From positions 1 to 53,428 of the forward strand of contig WJJM01000044.1 of the NCBI GenBank assembly GCA_014729675.1: DNA of 53,428 bases, given 5' to 3'. The notes under the pieces were generated by a model. That model was not told the DNA's origin. It made no database searches and worked only from the letters and a program-made list of their open reading frames with translations. Positions 1 to 9,043 of this stretch are shown here, one piece after another. A program made the position numbers and the translations under genes. How positions within the stretch are numbered: position 1 is the stretch's first letter; every line of letters begins with the position of its first letter. Source of the DNA: Candidatus Woesearchaeota archaeon (lineage in GTDB: Archaea; Nanobdellota; Nanobdellia; Woesearchaeales; WJKL01).

Positions 1-1724
1 ACAATTATTCTGATCTTGCAGCAGGAGACTATGCATGGAGATCCTATGCAAATGACACCTCTGGAAATGCAAATACTTCTTCACAATGGACATACACTAT
101 AGGCAAAGCTTCAACAACAGTAAACTTGTCTTTGGATGGAAATTATTCAAACATAACTATAGAAGCAGGAAACAATGCCTCATATAATATTACATTAACT
201 CCGATAAACAGGACTGTCCGGCTTTATGAAAATTCCACCCTTCTGAAGAGCAGCACTGCAAATTTCACATACAGCAGGCAGTATAATTCAACAGGCGATT
301 ACCTGATAAAAGCAAACTATTCAGGAAGCCAGAACTATACATCCTCGACAATAGAGTATATCCTGACTGTCACAGATACAATAGCGCCTTTATGGACAGC
401 AATTCCTGCAAATTCAACAATAGAATATGGAACAGACAGCCTGGATGCAGATTTCAATGCAACAGACGTGCTTCTTGATAATTATTTCATAAATGATACA
501 GCAAACTTCACTATAGATCCTGCAACAGGCCTTTTAGAGAACAGCACAAAACTGCCTGAAGGCACATATTATATAAATGTCAGCGTAAATGACACTTCAA
601 ACAATATAAATTCAACCAGCTATAAGGTTGTAGTAAATGATACTATAACCCCTCTATGGAGCCAGATACCTTCAAACCAGACAATAGAAGCAGGAGACGC
701 ATTTAGTTATGATGTAAATGCAACAGATCTGCAGACAGTATCATACTCTGTCAATGATACTGCAAATTTTTCAGTAAATGCTTCAGGAATGATAACAAAT
801 GCAACTATCCTTATAATCGGAAATTACAGCCTGCAGATAAATGCAACAGATGCAGGAAACAATGTGAATTCCACTGTTATCATCATAGAAGTGGTGTCTG
901 ATATTCCTCCTGCAGCAGCCCCTAACATCCCTGTTAATGGAACTTCAACAACATCTTCCTCAGTTACGTTCAACTGCAGCGCTTCAGATACAAAGGGACT
1001 TATGAACATAACTCTTTATATATGGAATTCAGCCAATGCAACATTCTATAATAGTTCAAAAAATCTCACAGGAACATCAAACTCAACAACATGGGGTGTT
1101 CCTGGCTTTTCTGTCGGAACATATACATGGAACTGTCTTGCCTATGACAACGGCAGCAATTCAGATTGGGGAGACAATAATATGACATTAACAATAAATT
1201 CTGCTGCATCTCCTGATATAACTGAAGAAGTATCTCGTGGGGGTGGAGGTGGAATGTACTGCGGAGACGGGTACTGCCAATCTTTTGAAGACTGCAGCTC
1301 CTGCCCTTCGGACTGCGGGGCATGCCCTATAGACGAAGATGAAGAAGACAAAAGTGGAGAAGAGGAGTCTTCTGAACCTGCAATGCCAAATGAGACAATT
1401 TCCCAGCAGTCTCAAAAAGATCAGGCATCGCAGCAGCCTGGATCAGATTCACAAAAGCCTCAGCAGGAAACTGCATCATTTGCATCAGCAGTGCCCCTTG
1501 AATTTGGGATAATGATGATCATAGTCATAGGGATTATAGCTCTTGCACTATCTTTAATATTAAAAAAACAGTCTGCGCTGAAAACAAAAAGTCAGAAAAC
1601 AAAAAGTCAAAAAAGAGCAGGCAGCAGCCTGAAAAAGAAGGCAAAGAAAATATCCAGAAGCAAGAGCAAAAAGACAAGAAAAAAGGAGATGGTTGAAAAG
1701 CTTAAGAGATATTTCAGTAAATGA
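1..1724 (+). CDS. Cell-surface glycoprotein-like protein, C-terminal part (5' end lies upstream of the window)
   Basis: Frame is open from nt 3 with no stop, so the listed TTG at 126 is not the real start. Very dense N-x-S/T sequons. Two ~85-aa tandem modules (T[IA]PLW..IP[AS]N.TIE.G). Cys-rich CGDGYCQSFEDCSSCPSDCGACP. One TM helix (FGIMMIIVIGIIALALSLIL) followed by a Lys-rich tail. Confidence 0.8.
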   Translation, partial: NYSDLAAGDYAWRSYANDTSGNANTSSQWTYTIGKASTTVNLSLDGNYSNITIEAGNNASYNITLTPINRTVRLYENSTLLKSSTANFTYSRQYNSTGDYLIKANYSGSQNYTSSTIEYILTVTDTIAPLWTAIPANSTIEYGTDSLDADFNATDVLLDNYFINDTANFTIDPATGLLENSTKLPEGTYYINVSVNDTSNNINSTSYKVVVNDTITPLWSQIPSNQTIEAGDAFSYDVNATDLQTVSYSVNDTANFSVNASGMITNATILIIGNYSLQINATDAGNNVNSTVIIIEVVSDIPPAAAPNIPVNGTSTTSSSVTFNCSASDTKGLMNITLYIWNSANATFYNSSKNLTGTSNSTTWGVPGFSVGTYTWNCLAYDNGSNSDWGDNNMTLTINSAASPDITEEVSRGGGGGMYCGDGYCQSFEDCSSCPSDCGACPIDEDEEDKSGEEESSEPAMPNETISQQSQKDQASQQPGSDSQKPQQETASFASAVPLEFGIMMIIVIGIIALALSLILKKQSALKTKSQKTKSQKRAGSSLKKKAKKISRSKSKKTRKKEMVEKLKRYFSK

Positions 1725-1742
1725 GATAACTTTTTCATAAAA

Positions 1743-1901
1743 ATGTTTGCGAAATCCATTGTTTTTGTCTTTATGCTGTTGATTTTTACAGTTTTGGCAG
1801 TTTCTATTATCAACCTAAGCTGGGGATTAGGCATAATAACATTGATCGTAATGCTTGCAGCTTCCATAGGCATCATATTCTATGTAAAAAACAGGAGTTG
1901 A
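1743..1901 (+). CDS. Possible 52-aa two-helix membrane micro-protein
   Basis: ATG-to-TGA ORF below the track cutoff: MFAKSIVFVFMLLIFTVLAVSIINLSWGLGIITLIVMLAASIGIIFYVKNRS. Two hydrophobic helices. Sits between two surface-protein genes. No homology evidence. Confidence 0.3.
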   Translation: MFAKSIVFVFMLLIFTVLAVSIINLSWGLGIITLIVMLAASIGIIFYVKNRS

Positions 1902-1983
1902 TATTCTCCATAAGAAGATAAAATCTTTTTCTTTTTTTTAAGCATAAAAAAATAATATATCCATGACATGATGTCTTATATTT

Positions 1984-2847
1984 ATGAGATATTTTATCAT
2001 ATTTTGCATAACAGCAGTATTGTTGTCAGCAGCAGTATCTGCAATCTCTATAGAGCCTTCTGAACTTATTTTCGAAGACGTACTCCAAGATGGCTATGCA
2101 GAAAAGATACTGACTGTAAGTACAGACAGCTATAAGCCGGTCCAGCTCACATTATCTGCAACAGAGCCAATCAAAGAATGGATATCTTTTGATCCGTCTT
2201 CAGATTCAGTATCTGCAGGTTCTCCGATAGATATAAAGGTGATGCTGAACATGACAGATTCTCAGCTTAAAAAGTATAAAGGCTATGTGATAGTCAATTC
2301 ATACTCTTCTAACAATGAGGTGACGACTGCAATGTCCCAGGTATTTGAGATAAGGACTTCTATAGATGTTTCAAAGAACCTTATAGAACAGGCAAATGTA
2401 GCTAATGTGGTGCTTGATGATACAGAGCAAGGCATGCCTTTGACTGCTTCAGTAACTGTTGAAAACCAGGGCAACAGCATGATAGAGCCATTTTTCAGCA
2501 TATCTGTTCTTGATTCAGGGAAAAAAGAAGTATTTTCTGCAGGATCTAAGAAAAAAAGCCTGCTTCCTTATTCTAAAGGCATGATAAACATCTCTCTTCC
2601 TTCTGGTCTTGCTTTTGGAGAATATAACGCAGATATAGAAGTTCATGCCGGAGACATGCTGCTGAGCAGGCAGACACGTGTATTTAATATAGTTGAAAAA
2701 GGCTCAGTTCCAAAACAAGAAGAGAAGATTTCTGATGATCAGATGATCCCTCTATCAACAAACTGGATCATCCTAGCGGTGTGGGGCATCATCTTTGTTT
2801 TTATAGTGTCAAGAATCACAAAGAGCAAACTGAAAAAGAAGCGATAA
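1984..2847 (+). CDS. Secreted, membrane-anchored surface protein (CARDB/Ig-like beta-sandwich suspected)
   Basis: N-terminal signal-like helix (FIIFCITAVLLSAAVSA). C-terminal TM (WIILAVWGIIFVFIVS) plus basic tail KSKLKKKR. Middle segment LTASVTVENQGNS...EYNADIEVH resembles CARDB-type domains. Confidence 0.6.
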   Translation: MRYFIIFCITAVLLSAAVSAISIEPSELIFEDVLQDGYAEKILTVSTDSYKPVQLTLSATEPIKEWISFDPSSDSVSAGSPIDIKVMLNMTDSQLKKYKGYVIVNSYSSNNEVTTAMSQVFEIRTSIDVSKNLIEQANVANVVLDDTEQGMPLTASVTVENQGNSMIEPFFSISVLDSGKKEVFSAGSKKKSLLPYSKGMINISLPSGLAFGEYNADIEVHAGDMLLSRQTRVFNIVEKGSVPKQEEKISDDQMIPLSTNWIILAVWGIIFVFIVSRITKSKLKKKR

Positions 2848-2928
2848 TCAATAAAAAACATAAAATACCACTTTATTTCTTGGCCAAATCCATCAGTTTT
2901 ATAAATAGTCTGTATAAATTTCCAAGAT

Positions 2929-3144
2929 ATGGGCTTAAAAGAAAAAAATAGTTATGAATATATCCAGGCAAAGCAGTTCTTCAGCAAGCTTGACGATGAT
3001 ATCTCAGAGCTGTTTGAAGAGGATTATAAGAGCAAGGTCGCTGTCAATACCTTGATATCTTTATTGATAGAAAAAGGAATATTCACAGAAAAAGAATTTA
3101 AAGAAAGCATGAATAAGATAAGAAAGAGGGTAAGAGAGGAATAG
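2929..3144 (+). CDS. Hypothetical small protein (71 aa)
   Basis: Clean ORF in an otherwise intergenic slot. No recognisable motif. Confidence 0.4.
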   Translation: MGLKEKNSYEYIQAKQFFSKLDDDISELFEEDYKSKVAVNTLISLLIEKGIFTEKEFKESMNKIRKRVREE

Positions 3145-3200
3145 TTCCACTGTTCAAGTACCCTAAAAAAATATATAAATAAGATAATATTTCTTTATTC

Positions 3201-3887
3201 ATGGAGCACAATAGCCTTAAGATAAAAGATTTCCCATTGGAGGAAAGGCCGAGGGAAAGGCTTCTTGGATCTGGTCCCAGCTCCCTAAGCACCTCAGAAT
3301 TGCTTGCAGTTATACTGAGGACAGGAAACAGGAAAGAAAATGTTCTTGAGCTTTCAAAAAAGCTGCTTAAGAGTCACGACTTAAGATCATTATCCAGGCT
3401 TAGAGCTTCTGGCCTTAAGAAGAAGTGTGGTATAGGAGAGGCAAAGGCATGCCAGATCATAGCCTGTTTTGAGCTTGGAAGAAGAGCAGCAGGATTAAAA
3501 AGCAGTAAAAACAAAACAATTAATTCTGCAAAAGATATCGCCAAAAGTCTGATTCCTGAACTTTCTGGACTTAAAAAAGAGCATCTGATCGGAATATTTC
3601 TTAATTCAAGAAAAAAGATCATCAAAAAAGAGACAATCTTCATAGGTAGCCTAGATTCATCTATCATCCACCCAAGAGAACTTTTTAAGGCTGCTCTTGC
3701 AGAATCAGCAGCAGCGCTGATACTTGTGCATAATCACCCTTCAGGAGACCCCATCCCAAGCCAGGATGACATCAGCATAACTGAACAGATAATAAAAGCA
3801 GGAGAGATCTTAGGTATATCTGTTCTTGATCACGTCATAACCGGAGAAAATAAATATTTCAGCATGAAAGAAGAAAGTATTATTTAG
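3201..3887 (+). CDS. radC: RadC-like JAB/MPN-domain protein
   Basis: N-terminal helix-hairpin-helix-like PRERLL..G..SLS..ELLAVILRTG. C-terminal JAMM motif ALILVHNHPSGDPIPSQDD. Confidence 0.85.
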   Translation: MEHNSLKIKDFPLEERPRERLLGSGPSSLSTSELLAVILRTGNRKENVLELSKKLLKSHDLRSLSRLRASGLKKKCGIGEAKACQIIACFELGRRAAGLKSSKNKTINSAKDIAKSLIPELSGLKKEHLIGIFLNSRKKIIKKETIFIGSLDSSIIHPRELFKAALAESAAALILVHNHPSGDPIPSQDDISITEQIIKAGEILGISVLDHVITGENKYFSMKEESII

Positions 3888-4186
3888 GATCTCTTCTTTT
3901 CTTCTTTTAATTTATCCCTTATCACTTTTGCCTTTGGCTTTAATTCATATAATCTGCCGGTCTTTTGCTTTGGATTAAGGCATTTGGCAATCCCTTTTTT
4001 TCTGAACTCTCCCAGGATCCTGCTTGTGTGGTTCAGGGAATATCCGCTTTTCTTGGAAATTTCCGTAGGTGTTTCAGGCCCATCTATGTACATAAGAATA
4101 TCTTTTCTTTGCTTTCCCCGTTTTATCCAGCTTAAAAGTTCAATGTCAGTTTCAGATTTTTTTGCCATATTATTTTTGAATAACAT
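3884..4186 (-). CDS. Winged-helix transcription regulator (ArsR/MarR-like)
   Basis: RKDILMYIDGPETPTEISKKSGYSLNHTSRILGEFRKKGIAKCLNP..GRLYELK reads as an HTH plus wing. The true start may be the ATG at 4168 (MAKKSE). Overlaps the radC stop by 4 nt, convergent. Confidence 0.55.
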   Translation of the reverse strand: MLFKNNMAKKSETDIELLSWIKRGKQRKDILMYIDGPETPTEISKKSGYSLNHTSRILGEFRKKGIAKCLNPKQKTGRLYELKPKAKVIRDKLKEEKKRS

Positions 4187-4298
4187 ATAAATAATAGCTT
4201 TACTTTAAATCTAATTCAAATCTATAACAAAAGATTTATATAGTACTAGCACCACTTAAGTACATGATTAATAAAATCCATTTGCCACAACATCCCTG

Positions 4299-4490
4299 AT
4301 GGACAAAGACAGTATAATGACTATTAGGGAGAAAAAGCTTATTAGGTGGGGCAATGGTTATGCAGTTTATATAACATCTGAAGCAAAAAAATTGGGCTGG
4401 AATGACAAAAGCAGAGTCAAGGTATTTGCTGTCGAAGACGCAGATGGAAAATCAATAATAATCAAAAAGCTAAAAGAAAATGAAACTTGA
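4299..4490 (+). CDS. AbrB/MazE/SpoVT-type (swapped-hairpin) DNA-binding protein
   Basis: KLIRWGNGYAVYITSEAKKLGWNDKSRVKV is typical of MazE/AbrB-family antitoxin-like proteins. Confidence 0.6.
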   Translation: MDKDSIMTIREKKLIRWGNGYAVYITSEAKKLGWNDKSRVKVFAVEDADGKSIIIKKLKENET

Positions 4491-4632
4491 ACTGAATGCT
4501 TTCCAAAATATGGAAAAATGCAGGGAATTTGTAAATAAGTTCATAAAAGACAAAGATGTTGTAAATGCAGAAGTTACACCTCTCAAGGGAGAATCAGGCA
4601 TAACTTTTTTTGCCTGCATCCTCTATAAGTAG
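4480..4632 (+). CDS. Possible 50-aa ORF overlapping the 3' end of the AbrB-like gene
   Basis: ATG at 4480 lies inside the last codons of the upstream gene in another frame: MKLELNAFQNMEKCREFVNKFIKDKDVVNAEVTPLKGESGITFFACILYK. Below the track cutoff. No motif. Confidence 0.2.
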   Translation: MKLELNAFQNMEKCREFVNKFIKDKDVVNAEVTPLKGESGITFFACILYK

Positions 4633-4937
4633 GGCTCCCTGTCACTTTTACTTACCGTGTAGATAAAGATCACCTTATCATCAAGATCAATCGTATTATA
4701 AGAGACGCTTCTAGGCTTTTTCTTTGCTTTTGTTCTGTGGCATATCGGTATTGAAAAATATTTGGTTACACCTTTATTGCCTCTTTCTATTATTCTTGAT
4801 TCTGTTTTGCACATATCAAGAGAGAAAAGATAAGCATTATTTATTCCCCCTTTTAAATTATGTGCTTCTTTTTCACTTAACTTTATTTTTAAAAGAACTT
4901 TATCCCCCATTATCTTGGAGCTTATAATTTTTCCCAT
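4623..4937 (-). CDS. Small protein of unknown function, paralog of 5044-5346
   Basis: MGKIISSK...LKG..NNAYLFS....RGNKGVTKYFSIP.. aligns with the divergently transcribed neighbour MGTILSSK...LKGRVKNVHVFS...GRGKNEATKYFLIP. Confidence 0.6.
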   Translation of the reverse strand: MGKIISSKIMGDKVLLKIKLSEKEAHNLKGGINNAYLFSLDMCKTESRIIERGNKGVTKYFSIPICHRTKAKKKPRSVSYNTIDLDDKVIFIYTVSKSDREPYL

Positions 4938-5043
4938 AATACCACCTCTTTTTATTATTGGGATAATAATCTATATAAATTTATCCCATCAATTTCATAA
5001 AGTTTATAAATCAAAAGACCATTATCTTCTAAAGGGTAAAAAA

Positions 5044-5346
5044 ATGGGGACAATACTCAGTTCTAAGACAACAAAAGAAGGAGATATAGTCTATGAAATT
5101 CTTGTGGATTATGAAGAATCCCTGCAGCTGAAAGGCCGTGTCAAGAACGTGCATGTATTTTCAGAAGACGTTGCAGACATAAAGACAAATCTCTCGGGCA
5201 GGGGAAAAAATGAAGCCACAAAATACTTCCTTATCCCTACGAGCTTAAGAAAAAATATAAAACTTACAGATAAGGTAAAATGCCAGAAACTGGAGACTGA
5301 GTCCAAAAATATCTTTGTATATGTGGTGGATAAGCTAAGGTTTTAA
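5044..5346 (+). CDS. Small protein of unknown function, paralog of 4623-4937
   Basis: The track ORF starts at 4915. The hydrophobic 43-aa extension has no counterpart in the paralog, so the ATG at 5044 (MGTILSSK) is the likely start. Confidence 0.6.
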   Translation: MGTILSSKTTKEGDIVYEILVDYEESLQLKGRVKNVHVFSEDVADIKTNLSGRGKNEATKYFLIPTSLRKNIKLTDKVKCQKLETESKNIFVYVVDKLRF

Positions 5347-5347
5347 G

Positions 5348-6037
5348 ATGGAAAGAGAAAAGACAGGCATAAAAAAAGCGGATTCTATGATGCAGGGTGG
5401 CCTCCCAAAAGGAAGCATAATAAGCCTTACAGGCCCTCCTGGCGTAGGAAAGTCTATTTTTGTTCTTCATTTTCTTCTTGAAGGCGCAAGAAAAGGCCAG
5501 AAGTGTGTCTATATAAATCTTGAAGAGCCAAGAAGAAATATAGACAACATGATCAGCCAGTTTAATTTTTCCCGGGAGTTTTTAAGGTTTGTTGAAGAGG
5601 GAAAAATAGTGATAAAATGCTATACCTATCCAGAATATGAAAAACTATATTCTGAGCTGTTCCAGAAGATAAAAGAAGATGACAATATCCAGAGGCTTGT
5701 CATCGACAGCTTTAACTGCTTTTTCAGCTCAATGACCAACCAGGAATCATTAAACCTTCCTGTAGAGATAAGCAGCAGAAGGATGATCAACTATGCTTTT
5801 TCAATGCTCCGAAAGAAAGAACTGACCACAATAGCGATACTTGAGATGCATGACAGCAAGCACAGGTTTTATTATAATATCCCTTATCTTGTTGACGGCA
5901 TAATCAAGCTTGATTTTCTTGAACTAGGAACAATAGAAAGAAGAATATTTATCCCAAAGATGCGCTGGACTGACCAGTACAGGGAAAGCAGACCCTACGA
6001 GATCAGCAAAAAGGGAATAATTATTAAAGAAGAATAA
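5348..6037 (+). CDS. KaiC/RecA-superfamily ATPase with intact P-loop
   Basis: GIKKADSMMQGGLPKGSIISLTGPPGVGKSIFVLHFL (Walker A) and RLVIDSFN (Walker B). Single-domain archaeal KaiC-like architecture. Confidence 0.75.
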   Translation: MEREKTGIKKADSMMQGGLPKGSIISLTGPPGVGKSIFVLHFLLEGARKGQKCVYINLEEPRRNIDNMISQFNFSREFLRFVEEGKIVIKCYTYPEYEKLYSELFQKIKEDDNIQRLVIDSFNCFFSSMTNQESLNLPVEISSRRMINYAFSMLRKKELTTIAILEMHDSKHRFYYNIPYLVDGIIKLDFLELGTIERRIFIPKMRWTDQYRESRPYEISKKGIIIKEE

Positions 6038-6051
6038 TCTTTATAGTAGCT

Positions 6052-7152
6052 ATGGGCATAGAAAACAGGATCATAAACTACACCCTAAGCAAGCTGTTTT
6101 TTCCTAAAGTTGTAGTTATAGATAAACCTGGGGTAATTTATACAAAACAAGACAGATTATTTGGAAATCCTATAACCAGGAGGAGGATAGTTTATTATTT
6201 TGAAGATATCCTTGTCGAGCTTCATAAAGAGACTGTCAAACAGATAGGACCAAAAAAAACAGCAGAATTATGGTATAAGATAGGAAAAGACGTTGGAACA
6301 AGATTCTTATTATTATCCAAAGTTAGAAAACCGAATCATCTATTGATCCAGCCCATACTAGATCACATCTTTGCAGGACTGAGAAGCGGAGGGCAGTCTT
6401 TTGCAAAAAAAGTAAAATTTAATCCAAGAAAGAAGACCCTTGTACTTGAAGGAGATAATAATGTATTTTGCAGAAAGACAGGAGATGGAAGCTTCTTCGC
6501 AGGTCTTATAAGCGGCATTATGAGTTTTTTGGTTGGAGAAAATATTGAAACTGAAACTAGATGCAATTGTCCCGCTAATTGCAGGATAATTGCTGATCCT
6601 AAATTTAAGAAAAAATATATTCCTGATTTCAGTGAACTAGCCATAGATAAAAAATACTTTAAGATGAATTTCCCAGTTCCTATAAGTATCCCGGGAAATT
6701 CTCCATCATTTAGCGACATGATCCGATTTAAGAAAATAAGATTCAATAAAAGGGGCAAACCCACATATAGTAACAAGGCAATAATCCCTGGTGAACCAGG
6801 AATGGTAGGTATTACATATCTTAGAATGAGCAAATCCATCAAGAATATTGATAAAATTCTAACAAAAAGTTCAGAAAAACTGGCCAACGACATATTTAAA
6901 AACAAATTCTCAACTCCAAAAAAGATTAAAGAAACATTGAATTTACTATGTGTTCTAGGCTATGGTATTCCATCTTACCGGAACTTAAAAGAAGAATTAG
7001 AGATTTCTTTTAAGTTCCCACCTTATAGCAAGTACAATTATGATTTCCAAGCAAGAATTCTGAATGGTTTTTTAAATGCAGTATACAATAGGAGACTTAG
7101 ACTAATAAAATATGAGAAAACTACGAATAAAATTATATTCCTCTATTCATAA
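6052..7152 (+). CDS. Uncharacterised protein, probably with V4R-like (4-vinyl-reductase-type) ligand-binding domain(s)
   Basis: ELWYKIGKDVGTRF...VLEGDNNVFCRKTGDGSFFAGLISGIMSFLVGENIETETRCNCPANCRIIADP matches the V4R pattern (C..G...F.AG.ISG..S.L.G...E..C....C). The C-terminal half may be a second degenerate copy. Confidence 0.45.
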   Translation: MGIENRIINYTLSKLFFPKVVVIDKPGVIYTKQDRLFGNPITRRRIVYYFEDILVELHKETVKQIGPKKTAELWYKIGKDVGTRFLLLSKVRKPNHLLIQPILDHIFAGLRSGGQSFAKKVKFNPRKKTLVLEGDNNVFCRKTGDGSFFAGLISGIMSFLVGENIETETRCNCPANCRIIADPKFKKKYIPDFSELAIDKKYFKMNFPVPISIPGNSPSFSDMIRFKKIRFNKRGKPTYSNKAIIPGEPGMVGITYLRMSKSIKNIDKILTKSSEKLANDIFKNKFSTPKKIKETLNLLCVLGYGIPSYRNLKEELEISFKFPPYSKYNYDFQARILNGFLNAVYNRRLRLIKYEKTTNKIIFLYS

Positions 7153-7173
7153 AAGTACCTTCATTCTGGTTCG

Positions 7174-8316
7174 TCAATTCCTGTTTAATCTATAATCTAA
7201 TTTTATCAATGCCCAATTAATTGCCAAAAATAGTTTTTGATGAAATGGAAATTTTTGTTTTATCTCTTCTGGCATTTCGAAATAATCTTCGTTATCGAAA
7301 ATACTCAGAAAAGATTCTGGATATTTACTCATGATCCTTATTACATCAGTAACCTTGGGATAATTTTTTATTGCTTTTATTAATTTGTTATTGTGATACC
7401 TATCCATTCTGGATGCAAGAAATTTATTGTAATTATTCAAGAACCTTGCTTCCCACTTTTTTTGAAATAATCCTAAATCATTTTCTTCAATAGCCTTGGT
7501 TAAAAGTGCTGAACTTTCTATTATTGGCTTAATCCCACATGCAGATGACGTATATGCATTGCCAAAACTATCTCCCAAACAGACAATATTTTTTGTTATT
7601 AAGGGAGGAATATGAGCGCAGGGAATAGCCACATTAAATGTTTTTTCTATTTTAGGATTTTTTATAAGATTTCTACACAATGTTTTTTTTGGGACTATGA
7701 TAGAATTAAAATCTAACCTTTTAGAATATTGCCAATCTCCCTGGAGTATTTTACCATCTAAAGGGTATAAATCTTCCAGATATTCTCCATCAGAAAATTG
7801 ATGATGATAGTAATTCTTTAATTTTATTTTACTCTTAATTATCCTGGTTTTTCCTATCCAATATCTGTAAGGTAATTTTTTATTTAACTTTTTTCTGCTA
7901 AATAAAGAATGTCCAGATGCATCGACTAGATAATCAAATGAATATTTTTTTTTAGAAGTTATTAATATTTTTGCAGTTATATTCAATGCTGTTTCTCTAT
8001 TTAAATGAGCTTTAGACTTATTTATAAAATTTTTACATGTTTTCTTATAATCCATAAAATAAAATTTTCTTTTTATTGTGATGTATGTTTTATCATAAGT
8101 TCCAACCTTTATGCCATCAAATACGTGGGAATATTTCAAACCATATTTCCTTACAGTGTCTTTATCTGTATTCCTATACCCATAAGCAGCATTAGCTCCC
8201 ACTCCTTCCTTATCGATTACCAACACACTTTTATCAGGGCATTCCTGGCTTAAGTTGTATGCAAGTCCTGTCCCTGCGATACCTGCTCCGATTATTATGA
8301 TATCATAATGTTCCAT
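7174..8316 (-). CDS. FAD-dependent oxidoreductase (geranylgeranyl-reductase / flavin-monooxygenase-like)
   Basis: YDIIIIGAGIAGTGLAY dinucleotide-binding motif and CLGDSFGNAYTSSACGIKP (GD..G..P..G.GI-like). The start is taken at MEHYD (8316), because the track start at 8394 would overlap the upstream gene by 77 nt. Confidence 0.65.
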   Translation of the reverse strand: MEHYDIIIIGAGIAGTGLAYNLSQECPDKSVLVIDKEGVGANAAYGYRNTDKDTVRKYGLKYSHVFDGIKVGTYDKTYITIKRKFYFMDYKKTCKNFINKSKAHLNRETALNITAKILITSKKKYSFDYLVDASGHSLFSRKKLNKKLPYRYWIGKTRIIKSKIKLKNYYHHQFSDGEYLEDLYPLDGKILQGDWQYSKRLDFNSIIVPKKTLCRNLIKNPKIEKTFNVAIPCAHIPPLITKNIVCLGDSFGNAYTSSACGIKPIIESSALLTKAIEENDLGLFQKKWEARFLNNYNKFLASRMDRYHNNKLIKAIKNYPKVTDVIRIMSKYPESFLSIFDNEDYFEMPEEIKQKFPFHQKLFLAINWALIKLDYRLNRN

Positions 8317-8317
8317 C

Positions 8318-9043
8318 TTATTTTTTGCAAATATATATCCCATATCCAATATAATCACCATAAGACTCAAAATGGCGCTTAACTTTGGATACACTCTCCT
8401 TTATATCTGGATTAGTTGTCCCTCCATAAACTATCTTAAAAAAATCTATACCTTGGCTGAACAATTTTTTTAGTATATATTTGTTGCCCATACCATACTG
8501 GAACACTTCTGATTTTAAGTTGGAAAAATAAAGAGAATACAGGCTTTCCCACTCATTTTTCTTGAGAATCTTCACAGGAAGATCCAAGACTATTTTTGTT
8601 TTTTCTTGGATGACCTCATTTGATTCCTTCAACCAGGTCCATTCAATACTTCCAAAAAATCCTTTATTCTTGAGAACTCTTCTGAATTCTTTCAATGCCT
8701 TATTTTTGTTTATGTAAGCTAATACAGATTCGCAGAGGATAATATCAAATTTTTTGTCCTCAAAATCAAGATTTGTAGCATCTCCTATCAAAAACTTTAC
8801 TTTGTCATTCTCATTTTTTCTTGCTTTCTTAATCATATCTTTAGATATATCAATTCCAATTACATTGCAACCAAATTTTTTATTAAGATAATGTGCTGTT
8901 GCTCCTGTCCCGCAGCCTACATCCAAAACGTGATGCGAATTTTTTATATGCATATTCTTTAGCAGTTTTTTTGTTGAGATTAGTCCGCCCTGATGCAAGT
9001 ATGAAACCCCAAGTTTGGCCATCATATCGATGTAAGAGCTCAC
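8318..9043 (-). CDS. Class I SAM-dependent methyltransferase
   Basis: Motif I VLDVGCGTGATAHYL, then GIDIS and FDIILCESVLAY. Confidence 0.75.
   Translation of the reverse strand: MSSYIDMMAKLGVSYLHQGGLISTKKLLKNMHIKNSHHVLDVGCGTGATAHYLNKKFGCNVIGIDISKDMIKKARKNENDKVKFLIGDATNLDFEDKKFDIILCESVLAYINKNKALKEFRRVLKNKGFFGSIEWTWLKESNEVIQEKTKIVLDLPVKILKKNEWESLYSLYFSNLKSEVFQYGMGNKYILKKLFSQGIDFFKIVYGGTTNPDIKESVSKVKRHFESYGDYIGYGIYICKK

Noticed and set aside
4915-5043. N-terminal 43-aa extension of ORF 4915-5346.
   Set aside because: The paralog on the other strand begins at the equivalent of Met 5044. The extension covers the divergent promoter spacer.
6363-6905. Long antisense ORFs in the track: 6363-6905, 12157-12591, 16346-16813, 17248-17748, 19467-19922, 40256-40714, 41938-42393 and many shorter ones.
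   Set aside because: Each lies fully inside a motif-supported gene on the other strand. Their products are low-complexity or hydrophobic strings without motifs. These are the typical shadow ORFs of AT-rich, purine-skewed coding sequence.
8317-8394. Upstream start of the flavoenzyme ORF (8394).
   Set aside because: It would overlap the methyltransferase gene by 77 nt. The GxGxxG fold normally starts within ~5 residues of the N-terminus (MEHYDIIIIGAG).
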